Origin: Paludibacteraceae bacterium
Lineage (GTDB): Bacteria > Bacteroidota > Bacteroidia > Bacteroidales > Paludibacteraceae
Direction: 5' to 3'
Assembly (NCBI GenBank): GCA_045576595.1
Contig: JAZNGV010000031.1
Location: 13,903 to 77,902, forward strand
DNA length: 64,000 nt
This document shows positions 39,106-48,137 of this stretch, piece after piece; the first letter of the stretch is position 1, and each line of letters opens with the position of its first letter. The position numbers and the translations under genes are program-made. The notes beneath the pieces were generated by a model, which was not told the origin of the DNA, made no database searches, and worked only from the letters and a program-made list of their open reading frames with translations.

Positions 39106-40917
39106 TTATTGCACCTTATTGCCCATTACGGTGTATGTATGTTCTCCTTTTTGGATGTATAGTTGTCCGTTGTGGATGTATTTGGTGGGCGTTGGGGTAT
39201 AGTCTATGTTCTCCACTTCTGTGTGAACATATTTGAGTTTTCTATCGAACCATACGACGCGGTTTTCGATGTATTTCTTCAGGTAGTCCACTTCGGCTTG
39301 GTACGACCCGCGCGAGGTAGGGTTCATATGTACATTAGAGTTGAGGATGGGCCAGCGTAGGAAGTTGAGTCGTTGCGATTGTTGTAGTGTTTGTGCTTGT
39401 TGGTCTATATAGGCGCATAGGCTACCTGTGTCAATGCCTGTCCATCGTGCTTGTATCCATGTGATGAGTAGTTGGTCTGCTCCTTGCGAGGAGTTAATCA
39501 CTTTGTCGGTCAGTGTGCGCATATATCCCACGGTACTACCGCCTGAGCGATATACATAATCGTTCTTGTTATTCACAGGGTAGGTGCGATAGTCGTTGTC
39601 GAATGCGATATCGAAATCCCATACGGGTCCCACAAAGAGGGTGTCGTTCTCGCGCTGCTTGTACATGTAGGTGCTCCAATAAGTGTCGGTATTACCCGAT
39701 AACTCACCCACGATAAAATGGCGTAGGAAGGTATTGTAATCTAAGTACTGCGCGTACTTATTCTCCATGAGGCTGAAATGCGAAGCGATGTAATTCTTTT
39801 GCTCTGGAGTTATCTCTTCTTCGTCTGGTGATTTGATGGTGACGGGTGTACCTCGTTGCGAATAGAAATAGCTTATTTCTGTGTCGGCGTAGCCATCCAC
39901 TTCGATGAAGTAACCTCCTGTGAGTGCTTCGCCGCTGTTGTCGGTGGGTTCCATCTCTTTGATATTCACTCTGTTCTTATCCACTTCAATCTGGTCGCAC
40001 AACTGATAGCACCCTTTGTATTCGCCATTGAGCAGCACATTGACATGTGCGCAGAATGGCGTATAAGGCATATTCAGTCGTTTGCTTATTTCGTATGCTA
40101 ACGGGTTGCGCAGCAGTGTTTTATCGCCATAGTTATTGATGAGCGTCCATTTCTTGGCTTTGGCTGGTGAACCCAATACGGACTGCTTGTGTTCAAACTT
40201 AATACGGTATGGTTTTTTAGGGAATTGGCGTGAAGCGTTACCTCGTTCGCGGATGGTGATAGTATCCGATAAGATATGTTTGCCATCTTGCGAGATGATA
40301 GATACATAGCCCTCTATATCTGTTTCTTTGTCAAAAGGTATTTGGTTGTCTTTGGTGTGTATGGTGACGACGGGTATATTGGTCAGTTGGCATAACTGCG
40401 AGTCATCTCCTTCGCCTTGCTCTCCATAAAACTCCAATTCGGCTATTCCGCTTCTCATGCTGTATGGTCCTACATAGCGTACATACCTAAACCCTCGTGA
40501 ACATTTCACGGAGGTGTAGTTCATTTGTCCCACCAATGACTCGTTGTCTATGAGGTGTAGCGGTACGGCGTCCATAAAGTCGGGTCGGTTAGAGCCCTCA
40601 AAAATGCCTAAGAGCACGCCGTTAGGTCCTACGGAGTTCTTGCGTGGTGCCCATCCTACTATGGTGATGATATGTGGTGACCCGAGGTCCAGTCCTACCC
40701 ATCCGTAGGACACATCCCATGCTGCGAAATAGGAGTCCATGCTGCCGTCGAATGCCATCTGAGCGGTATTGACGCTGAAGGATGGATTGCCCGTGTTGTT
40801 ATAGTCGAAAGAACCATACGAACTGATGGGTGTGCCTGTTAGTTTCGTGTCAGCGTATAGAGAAGAAATGCCGCATAAGAGGGCAACGAGGAGAAAGGAG
40901 AGTGGTTGGAGTCTCAT
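39106..40917 (-). CDS. CotH-family protein with N-terminal discoidin (F5/8 type C)-like domain
   Basis: 603 aa with a signal peptide and a central YRIKFEHKQSVLG...WTLINNYGDKTLLRNPLAYE...VLLNGEYKGCYQLCDQIEV block typical of CotH. Confidence 0.6.
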   Translation of the reverse strand: MRLQPLSFLLVALLCGISSLYADTKLTGTPISSYGSFDYNNTGNPSFSVNTAQMAFDGSMDSYFAAWDVSYGWVGLDLGSPHIITIVGWAPRKNSVGPNGVLLGIFEGSNRPDFMDAVPLHLIDNESLVGQMNYTSVKCSRGFRYVRYVGPYSMRSGIAELEFYGEQGEGDDSQLCQLTNIPVVTIHTKDNQIPFDKETDIEGYVSIISQDGKHILSDTITIRERGNASRQFPKKPYRIKFEHKQSVLGSPAKAKKWTLINNYGDKTLLRNPLAYEISKRLNMPYTPFCAHVNVLLNGEYKGCYQLCDQIEVDKNRVNIKEMEPTDNSGEALTGGYFIEVDGYADTEISYFYSQRGTPVTIKSPDEEEITPEQKNYIASHFSLMENKYAQYLDYNTFLRHFIVGELSGNTDTYWSTYMYKQRENDTLFVGPVWDFDIAFDNDYRTYPVNNKNDYVYRSGGSTVGYMRTLTDKVINSSQGADQLLITWIQARWTGIDTGSLCAYIDQQAQTLQQSQRLNFLRWPILNSNVHMNPTSRGSYQAEVDYLKKYIENRVVWFDRKLKYVHTEVENIDYTPTPTKYIHNGQLYIQKGEHTYTVMGNKVQ

Positions 40918-40937
40918 GGGGTATTTGTTCTTTATGA

Positions 40938-41849
40938 TTAATCAAAAAGTGATAAGTCTTTGCTTGTGCAAGTGGCGTTTTTTGCCGTCTTGGCAGTGCG
41001 TGGTTTACCATTGGAGGACTTTAATGGTTTAGAAGGCTCTATGCTCTTTGCCTCTTGTCCGCGGTGGTTCGCCGCCGCTCTGCCGCCCATTCGTTCGGTG
41101 ATGATGGCTCGTGTCTGGTTGTCCGTCCATTGGCATTTATTGATGATCCATTCCAGATAACTGCGGTCGATACGCATCATGCTCTCGATGGATTCGCCTT
41201 TGTGTCCTCCTTGGTTGAGGTAGTAATAGTTGCCTTTCTTGGTGAGCCATCTGTCGAAGCATATAAACCCGAAATCGTCTCTTTGTGCCCATGCCCATCC
41301 GTGCTCTTGTATCTGTGCTTTGAAAACCTCGATAGTAGCCATCACATCGTCGAGTGAGTTATGCGCTCCCTCGAATGGATGTCCATAATAGCGTGTGTAG
41401 GCGTCTGTGAGTGTGCATCGGTAGGGTTCGTTGGTCTGTGGGTCTATCTTGCCAGCCATGTGTTGGCGCTCCAAGAGGAGCGCGTCGTACCAAGTGCGTC
41501 CTTCGAAATTAAAGTCGCGTCCTATGCGTGCGAGGTTGTAATGCAAGATAGGTGCGTCAAACCCATTGCCGTTATAGGATAGCATGTCGCATCCATCGGT
41601 GAAAGCGATGAGGTCGTCGTATATGCTGCGCATAGATACGCCGTGCTCCAAGAGGTATGCTTTGGAGATGTGGTGAACAGCTTCCGCTTCGGCAGGGATG
41701 GTGAATTCTCCTTCGGGTAGTATGTACCAGTCGCGTGTGCCGAGTACTTCCCATGAATGGGTGTCAATCTTGACCAAAGAGAATTGGATAATATGGTCTT
41801 TTTGGGTACTTAATCCCGTTGTTTCTGTGTCAAAGCAAACGATAGGCAT
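40938..41849 (-). CDS. DEDDh 3'-5' exonuclease (DnaQ-like) with C-terminal extension
   Basis: VCFDTETTGL (Exo I), SYNGNGFDAPIL (Exo II) and HNSLDDVMATIEVF (Exo III). Confidence 0.75.
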   Translation of the reverse strand: MPIVCFDTETTGLSTQKDHIIQFSLVKIDTHSWEVLGTRDWYILPEGEFTIPAEAEAVHHISKAYLLEHGVSMRSIYDDLIAFTDGCDMLSYNGNGFDAPILHYNLARIGRDFNFEGRTWYDALLLERQHMAGKIDPQTNEPYRCTLTDAYTRYYGHPFEGAHNSLDDVMATIEVFKAQIQEHGWAWAQRDDFGFICFDRWLTKKGNYYYLNQGGHKGESIESMMRIDRSYLEWIINKCQWTDNQTRAIITERMGGRAAANHRGQEAKSIEPSKPLKSSNGKPRTAKTAKNATCTSKDLSLFD

Positions 41850-42037
41850 GGTAGTGTTCAGTTTTCAGTTGTCAGTGTCGCGTTCGGCAAATGGGTTGCA
41901 TTAGACGATACCGCTCTGCTAAATCGTAGGTGCAACCATTGCCTCCGCTCTTAACTCGGACTATCGCTTGCGCTAGCAGTCCTCGTTAGTATTATATTTT
42001 TATTTTGTTTTCTTTATTTTTGTATTAATAAGCACAT

Positions 42038-42120
42038 CGTCCTGTAGGCGCTTGTCGCCGTTCTGTAGCTCCGCGTCCTGTAGGGCTCTGCCCGTCCTGT
42101 AGGCGCTTGTCGCCGTCCTC
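42038..42120. repeat. Array of GTCCTGTAGG + mini-hairpin units, copy 2
   Basis: cgtcctgtaggcgcttgtcgc cgttctgtagctccg cgtcctgtagggctctgcc cgtcctgtaggcgcttgtcgc cgtcctc. It ends at the rlmI stop codon. Confidence 0.8.
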
Positions 42121-43337
42121 TATTCCACATACACTACCAGTCCTTTGAGGTATTCGCCTTCGGGGTGGTAGATGTTAATGGGATGGTCTTGTGGTTGGTG
42201 TAGTTGGTGTAGGATACGCACTTTGCGTCCCACTTGCGCGGCAGCGCTAAAGACTGCCAGGCGGAACATCTCCTTGTCTATTGCTTGTGAACAAGAGAAA
42301 GTGAAGAGGATACCTCCTGGTTTGATCATCTCTATTGCTTTGGCGTTTATTCGTTGGTAGCCACGGAGTGCGTTGCGTATGGCGTCTCGGTGTTTGGCGA
42401 AAGCGGGTGGGTCCAAGATGATGAGGTCGTATGATAGTCCGCTGGTATGTTTCTCGCGCAAGTAGTCAAATGCGTCTTGTGTCACGGCCGTATGGCAGTG
42501 GCATTGCGGGAAGTTACGCGCTACATTGATATTCACCAGGTTGATAGCTTTCTGACTCACATCCACTGAGTCCACGCGTTGTGCTCCGCCGCGCAAGGCG
42601 TAGAGCGAGAAACCACCTGTGTAGCAGAACATGTTGAGTACCGTCTTATGGGCGGCATAGCGTTCCACGAGGGCTCTGTTCTCGCGCTGGTCGATGAAGA
42701 AACCCGTTTTCTGTCCGCGCAACCAATCAATACGAAATTCCAATCCGTTCTCTACCGACCAGAACTCCTCATTCGTGTTGGTGGCAGAACCAATCAGGTA
42801 TCCCACTTTATCGCCTGTGATAGGTGCTTTGTGAGGTAGTGTGTCGTCGGACTTATAATACACTGCTTCTATGCCGGGCACCACTTTTTGTATGGCTTGT
42901 GCAATCTCTTGTCGATGGAGATGCATGCCCACTGAATGGGCTTGTATAACGGCTGTATTGGCGTATATATCTACTATCAGTCCAGGTAAGAAATCTCCTT
43001 CTCCGTGGATGAGTCGGTAGGTGTTATTATCTGTGCTTATTAGCCCCATTGCTTGACGCATGGTGTATGCGGCTTGGATACGTTCTGCCCAGAAGTTCTC
43101 GGGCAACTGCTCCACGCCAAAAGCTAATATACGCACCGCTATGGAACCCATTTGCCAGTGCCCTACGCCTAATATGGTCTTGTCGTGTGCGCGCACGCAT
43201 ACTAATGCGCCCTCTTCGGGTGCGTCGTGTGGGTAATCTTTGTCTAAGGACACGCGTGCAATAGCACCGCTAAAAACCCATGGGTGTTGGCGTAAGAGAG
43301 ACTCTTCTTTTTTCGGTTTGAGATAGATAGTTATCAT
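42120..43337 (-). CDS. rlmI: 23S rRNA (cytosine-C5) methyltransferase RlmI-like (PUA + class I SAM MTase)
   Basis: 405 aa; N-terminal HPWVFSGAI, KTGFFIDQRENR, and the SAM site VLNMFCYTGGFS...ILDPPAF. Confidence 0.85.
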   Translation of the reverse strand: MITIYLKPKKEESLLRQHPWVFSGAIARVSLDKDYPHDAPEEGALVCVRAHDKTILGVGHWQMGSIAVRILAFGVEQLPENFWAERIQAAYTMRQAMGLISTDNNTYRLIHGEGDFLPGLIVDIYANTAVIQAHSVGMHLHRQEIAQAIQKVVPGIEAVYYKSDDTLPHKAPITGDKVGYLIGSATNTNEEFWSVENGLEFRIDWLRGQKTGFFIDQRENRALVERYAAHKTVLNMFCYTGGFSLYALRGGAQRVDSVDVSQKAINLVNINVARNFPQCHCHTAVTQDAFDYLREKHTSGLSYDLIILDPPAFAKHRDAIRNALRGYQRINAKAIEMIKPGGILFTFSCSQAIDKEMFRLAVFSAAAQVGRKVRILHQLHQPQDHPINIYHPEGEYLKGLVVYVE

Positions 43338-43852
43338 TCCACTCCGTTGGTTAGTTCGTGATAAGCATGTAGTGATAGGTTATCACTTATATATTTGATG
43401 CTATGTAGTTTATCAAAACCCAATGCGGCTATAAATGCCAATTCCATGTCGAAGACACAATCGGTATAGTCTGATTGCAGTACGAAATCGGTGTTCGTAT
43501 AGCAAACGGCTTTGTGCAGTGTGCTTTTTGGGAATAGTTCGGGTTGTGTTTGTTGTCCTTCCACTAATAGGAGTTGTGGTTCGTTATAGGTCACATTGGG
43601 GTGATTAAGTCTCACTTCTTGCACTTGAGCCCATGAACCCACTTCGAAATTGGCGCTACCTGCGTAACCTATATTGAATATCTCTGTATCTCGTGGCAGT
43701 TCTTGCAGTGCGCGTATCACATTGATGGCTCCCACTCCTGTGTAGATGATGGGTAGGTTGCGTAGGTCAATGCCCAACTGCTCGTATAACTTGTCTATTA
43801 AACTCACTTCGCCCTCTTCGGCTAAAACAACTATTTTATTCATATCAATCAT
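43334..43852 (-). CDS. Nucleoside phosphorylase-family protein (MTA/SAH nucleosidase-like)
   Basis: IIYTGVGAINV...NIGYAGS...FDMELAFIA pattern. Start set at MIDMNK (complement of 43850-43852) because the longer track ORF reads across its own promoter. Confidence 0.5.
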   Translation of the reverse strand: MIDMNKIVVLAEEGEVSLIDKLYEQLGIDLRNLPIIYTGVGAINVIRALQELPRDTEIFNIGYAGSANFEVGSWAQVQEVRLNHPNVTYNEPQLLLVEGQQTQPELFPKSTLHKAVCYTNTDFVLQSDYTDCVFDMELAFIAALGFDKLHSIKYISDNLSLHAYHELTNGVE

Positions 43853-43860
43853 TTTTCGTG

Positions 43861-43912
43861 CTGAAACCTTTGCGGCTGCTGAAACCTTTGCGCCGCTAAA
43901 ACCTTTGCGGCG
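43861..43912 (-). repeat. Three tandem 17-18-nt repeats in the 5' leader of the nucleosidase-like gene
   Basis: ctgaaacctttgcggctg ctgaaacctttgcgccg ctaaaacctttgcggcg, between the -7 box (complement of 43913-43920) and the ATG. Each unit contains acctttgc, complementary to the promoter's gcaaaggt. Confidence 0.8.
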
Positions 43913-43964
43913 CAAAGGTACTACTTTTTTTTGATATATGCAAAAAAATCGCCCCGAAGAGCGA

Positions 43965-44290
43965 TTTTTTAGTAGTGAGTACAGAGTAGTGAGTACTTTG
44001 TACATCGTACATCGTCCCTTTGTCACTTCGCCTTCCCGCATCCTATATGCTATCTATCTTATCCAGAAATCTAGAGATCCAGAAATCAGGAGTTCCAGCC
44101 CCTTTGTCACTTCGCCTTGCCCCTGTCCTTAAAGTCCTTAGAGACCTTAGAGACCTTACAGTCCTTACAAAAAAAATCACATATTCCACTCCATCAATTT
44201 GCATATGTCAAAAAAAAGTGCTATCTTTGCACTTATTTGTTATGTCATCGCGGGTGATTCACGGGATATTCACGGGATATAGTCGCGTTA
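43965..44290. repeat. Mosaic of short direct/tandem repeats in a 420-bp intergenic spacer
   Basis: agtagtgagtac x2; tacatcg x2; cctttgtcacttcgcctt x2 (44017, 44101); atccagaaatc x2; ccttaNaNN x5 (44128-44172); attcacgggat x2 (44257-44278). Confidence 0.8.
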
Positions 44291-44339
44291 TTCACTAATT
44301 ATAGTCTCGAAATAAAGAGGAAAATACTATAGGAGAAAA

Positions 44340-44450
44340 GGAATTTACGCGGCATATCACCGTCCATAAAACATAGAATTGCATTCTATTAGGCAAAAAA
44401 AATACCCATTTTCTTGCATATGTGCAATTTTTGTGGTAAATTTGCACCGA
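44340..44450 (+). repeat. Promoter-bearing cassette, copy B
   Basis: The 27-mer ccataaaacatagaattgcattctatt (44364-44390) is identical to 49274-49300. It continues ...ttcttgcatatgtgcaatttttgtggTAaaTTTGcaccgaaatt. Confidence 0.75.
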
Positions 44451-44471
44451 AATTCTTAAACATTTATCCTT

Positions 44472-45068
44472 ATGAAAAAACATATTGTATATATCATTCC
44501 TTTACTCTTCTGTATAGGTTGTCACACGCAGAAGAAGGTGGCTATTACCGAAAGTACAACGGCGTATCAATCTATGAATGGGACAGATAGCCTTCGTATA
44601 GAAAATAGTGGAGATTTTGCTGAAGTGTCTGTATCCAACTACGAAGAACTATTAAGCCAGACACATAATATGAACAATATTCCGCGAAAGGACGAATACA
44701 TTTACACTTCAATAAAGAAAACTGAGCGTACCCAAGAGGCTCTTCTTAACTATAGAAAGAGTGGTGAAATGCGTAAAAGAATAGATAAACTTATGCAAAT
44801 CCTTTCAGAGTCGCATGCTCAACAAATAAAAGAACAAAATCTCATACGAATGTTTATCACTTATTACATTCCATTGGATAATGTATCTCAAATGAAAATT
44901 GTCAAGGTAAGAGTAATAAACTTATCTCCAGACATTAGCAAAGTTGAGGCTAAAGCATTGTTTGATTTTGCAGAAAGCATACCTTTTGAATTTGAGTATT
45001 CGCAATACAAGGATTACACAACTGGTTCTATTGCACTTATGGTACCTTGTTACTGTAAAATAGAATAA
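44472..45068 (+). CDS. Lipoprotein, unknown function
   Basis: 198 aa; signal peptide and lipobox IIPLLFCIGC. Confidence 0.55.
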   Translation: MKKHIVYIIPLLFCIGCHTQKKVAITESTTAYQSMNGTDSLRIENSGDFAEVSVSNYEELLSQTHNMNNIPRKDEYIYTSIKKTERTQEALLNYRKSGEMRKRIDKLMQILSESHAQQIKEQNLIRMFITYYIPLDNVSQMKIVKVRVINLSPDISKVEAKALFDFAESIPFEFEYSQYKDYTTGSIALMVPCYCKIE

Positions 45069-45124
45069 ATGTATTTCATTCTCACTACTCACTACTAAAA
45101 AAGGGAGTCGCTAATTCATGCGGC

Positions 45125-45300
45125 TCTCTTCGTTGTTTTCATGCGAGCATATGCAGCATATTTCTGCCTACAAAAACATAGAAATTTATTCAATTTGCAA
45201 TAAAAAACACCCATTTGCGTCTTATTTTGCTACCTAAAACGATTAATTTTGCAATAAATTGCGAAAAATCTTGCGTATGTAAAAAAATATTGTACTTTTG
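45125..45300 (+). repeat. Promoter-bearing cassette, copy C (diverged)
   Basis: catgcgagcatatgcagcata...aaaaacatagaaatttattcaatttgcaataaaaaacacccatttgcg...cttgcgtatgtaaaaaaatattgTActTTTGcgcc. Confidence 0.55.
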
Positions 45301-45375
45301 CGCCGCAATAGATTCCTATTCCTATGTAATCAACCAATCCGCAAAGGTGTCAGAGCGGGCAAAATACTATCGAAC

Positions 45376-46155
45376 ATGAGAAAGTTTATTATTTTAGCAT
45401 TTACACTCGTTTGCAGTTTAAGCAGTATAATCGCTGCTGAGTATGATTTGATTATCAAGACCAACTCTGAGAAGATTGAGGCTCTCATCCAAGAGGTGAG
45501 TGATACGGAATTGCGCTACAAGAAGGCGAACAATCCTAATGGACCTATGTTCGTCATCAAGTTATCAGAAGTTTCTTCTATCGTTTATGCCAATGGTGAG
45601 GTGCAAGCTATCGAGCACAAGGCTCAGCCAGTACAGCAAGTTCAGCCACAAAACCAACAGGGTGTTTATGGTGTTGGACGCGGATATAATAACTATGGTT
45701 ATAATGCATATGGTGGTTATTATGGTGCACCCACAGGACAGGTAACCGGAGTGCTGCAGCGTGTGGATAATAATCGTTATATGATTGATGGCCATACTAT
45801 GGACGGCCGCGAACTTAAATATTTCCTTGCGCAGACTTGCCCTGTTGCGTATAATTATTATAAAACATGGGACAATGTGGAGATAGCAGGTTGGAGTCTT
45901 ATGGGTAGCGGCCTCGCATTTGTGATTATTGGTGCTGCTTTGATAGATACGGACGAGACTGCTGCTTTTTGTGTGGTGATTCCAGGGGTGGCACTTACCA
46001 TAGGTTCTGTGCCTTTGGTGGCTTGTGGTAATGTATATAAGAAGCGCGTGGATCAAGTATATAATGTGCGCTGCGGTAGTTCCCAAATGGCTAGTAATCT
46101 TGAACTCAAACTGAATGCGAGTTCGAATGGTTTAGGTCTTGCGTTAAGTTTCTAA
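45376..46155 (+). CDS. Secreted/membrane protein with N-terminal domain paralogous to the next gene
   Basis: Signal peptide MRKFIILAFTLVCSLSSIIA, then EYDLIIKTNSEKIEALIQEVSDTELRYKKANNPNGPMFV. C-terminal TM helices. Start moved from 45298 to 45376. Confidence 0.55.
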   Translation: MRKFIILAFTLVCSLSSIIAAEYDLIIKTNSEKIEALIQEVSDTELRYKKANNPNGPMFVIKLSEVSSIVYANGEVQAIEHKAQPVQQVQPQNQQGVYGVGRGYNNYGYNAYGGYYGAPTGQVTGVLQRVDNNRYMIDGHTMDGRELKYFLAQTCPVAYNYYKTWDNVEIAGWSLMGSGLAFVIIGAALIDTDETAAFCVVIPGVALTIGSVPLVACGNVYKKRVDQVYNVRCGSSQMASNLELKLNASSNGLGLALSF

Positions 46156-46167
46156 AACCTCTGCCAT

Positions 46168-47067
46168 ATGAAAAAGATTTTTGTTTTAGCGGTTTCTCTA
46201 TCGCTCTCTTTGGCGTTGGTGGCAGCGGACTTTGACCTTATAATAAAGACTAACTCTGAGAAAGTTGAAGCGCTCATTCAAGAAGTGAGTGATACGGAGG
46301 TTCGCTATAAGAAAGCCACTAACCCTAATGGTCCTACTTTTGTTCTATCCCTGACAGAAATAGCCACCATCATCTACGCCAACGGCGAGGTACAGGCTAT
46401 TGCGTCTTCCAAAACGACATCTACAGCGACAAAGACAACTACATCCACTTTGTCAAATGGAGGACAATTCGATCATATCTTTGCTTCTTATCAGCAGCAG
46501 AAGAAGGTAAAAGAACAGCGCCCAAAACGCACATACGAATGGGAGCATTTCTTGCTTGCTAACTATGCTTGTGCTTTCACTCCTTATCAGTATAACCAAC
46601 ATGCTTTCGGACTCACATATGGACATGTCAAATTATTTGGATGGTATGTCAATGCATTGTTGGGAACAGGATTTAACTATGCCTATACAGGCGTTGGACC
46701 TTATTTTTACAATAATTATTCGCTCACCTATCCTTTCTACACTGGCAAAATATCCCATAATCTCGTTTCTGCTACAGTTGGTGGTGTGGCACGGCTCGTT
46801 ATTCCGTTATATGTCTATACCGGTATAGGATACACTTATCACTCCACCACCGCGGAGATAGTAGGCGGAGATTGGGTGCTATTAGTTCCTTATCCGTACG
46901 AAGATGTTAACGGGCATCTACTCAATTTTGACATAGGTCTTCAAGGTCAATACAAGGGATTTACGCTCTCGCTTGGATATATGGCGATTATCAATGTAAC
47001 GGAAGAACATTCCCTTTTGCATACACTTAAGTTAGGTATAGGTTACACTTTCAAAACTAAAAAATGA
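46168..47067 (+). CDS. Outer-membrane beta-barrel-like protein sharing the same N-terminal domain
   Basis: DFDLIIKTNSEKVEALIQEVSDTEVRYKKATNPNGPTFV. The C-terminal half has aromatic-rich alternating strands ending GIGYTFKTKK. Confidence 0.5.
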   Translation: MKKIFVLAVSLSLSLALVAADFDLIIKTNSEKVEALIQEVSDTEVRYKKATNPNGPTFVLSLTEIATIIYANGEVQAIASSKTTSTATKTTTSTLSNGGQFDHIFASYQQQKKVKEQRPKRTYEWEHFLLANYACAFTPYQYNQHAFGLTYGHVKLFGWYVNALLGTGFNYAYTGVGPYFYNNYSLTYPFYTGKISHNLVSATVGGVARLVIPLYVYTGIGYTYHSTTAEIVGGDWVLLVPYPYEDVNGHLLNFDIGLQGQYKGFTLSLGYMAIINVTEEHSLLHTLKLGIGYTFKTKK

Positions 47068-48137
47068 TTATGAAACGATACATATATATTGCTGCTATTA
47101 TAATAAGTTGTTTATGTAGTTGCGAGCGAGATGATGGATTATTAATTACCTCTTTTGGTGACATATCCGTTGAAGCCATGTACACTACGGCAGATATAAC
47201 AATTCAAATGGAATATACTTCGGGGTATGTTTCCAATAATGATTGTCCTACTATTGAGCAATATGGCGTTTATTATTCAACCACACAGACGGAACCTACG
47301 GGACGAGATGGTTCCTGTATTGTTGAATGGGGATACGGTGTAAGGCCCAATTATATGGTTCTCACACTCACAGACCTCCAACCTAACACAACCTATTATT
47401 ATCGTGTTTTTGTGCGTAATTCGTTAGGCTCCCTCTATAGCGAAACGAAGCGATTTACTACAAAAGAAAGTGATGGTAGTGGCTATGTGATAGAAGATTT
47501 TATCGGCACTTATAGTCTTAATGCATGGAATGTGAATACGCAAAGATATGAAACATGGGGCAATATTAAAATCTATACTTGGACCAATTCTCAGACTAAT
47601 TCTGAATGGGTAGCCGTGTCAGGTCTTAATGAAGGATATGACTTCGAGGTGGCATTAGGAGAGTACGATGCCACATACAAAGCCATCAGACTCTATTCGG
47701 ACATTCATTTTACAGGTTATACTTATACAATAGATGATACTGGCACCGAATATATTTCTGCCTTTTATCCGGTGTATACCATGCGCGATAATTCAGGAGG
47801 AAAAATTATTTCAGATGGAAAAGGCTATGACAACTTAGGCGAAGCATGGCTTACATTCAATAGTCAAGGTCAACTCATATTGAGAGGATCGGAGTTCCCT
47901 GACTCCAATGGATATGTAGCCAACGGCTATGTTTTTGCATGTTATAATGCAGAGACATATGAATTTTATACCTGGTGGAATGTGTATATGGAAGTAGTAC
48001 TCACTAAAATCTCTTCATCCGTAGAAGCGCCTGCTAAGCAGAACTCAATGAAAGTAAATGTGCATCCTCAATCAAAACTAATTAAAACTTGTGATTTAAT
48101 TAAAACTTGTGATCTAATTAAAACTTGTGATTTATGA
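47064..48137 (+). CDS. Lipoprotein with fibronectin type III-like domain; C-terminus runs through an 18-nt x3 tandem repeat
   Basis: Lipobox IISCLCSC, FN3-like LTDLQPNTTYYYRVFVRNSLGSLYSETKRFTT, and C-terminal LIKTCDLIKTCDLIKTCDL. Confidence 0.5.
   Translation: MIMKRYIYIAAIIISCLCSCERDDGLLITSFGDISVEAMYTTADITIQMEYTSGYVSNNDCPTIEQYGVYYSTTQTEPTGRDGSCIVEWGYGVRPNYMVLTLTDLQPNTTYYYRVFVRNSLGSLYSETKRFTTKESDGSGYVIEDFIGTYSLNAWNVNTQRYETWGNIKIYTWTNSQTNSEWVAVSGLNEGYDFEVALGEYDATYKAIRLYSDIHFTGYTYTIDDTGTEYISAFYPVYTMRDNSGGKIISDGKGYDNLGEAWLTFNSQGQLILRGSEFPDSNGYVANGYVFACYNAETYEFYTWWNVYMEVVLTKISSSVEAPAKQNSMKVNVHPQSKLIKTCDLIKTCDLIKTCDL
48078..48131 (+). repeat. 18-nt tandem repeat x3 at gene junction
   Basis: ctaattaaaacttgtgat / ttaattaaaacttgtgat / ctaattaaaacttgtgat, followed by ttATGA (stop of 47064 gene, start of 48134 gene). 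Confidence 0.9.

Noticed and set aside
43853-44041. Longer start of the nucleosidase-like gene (235-aa track ORF)
   Set aside because: The extension reads through the gene's own -7 promoter box, the three leader repeats and a terminator hairpin. The Ala/Lys-rich text is repeat-derived.
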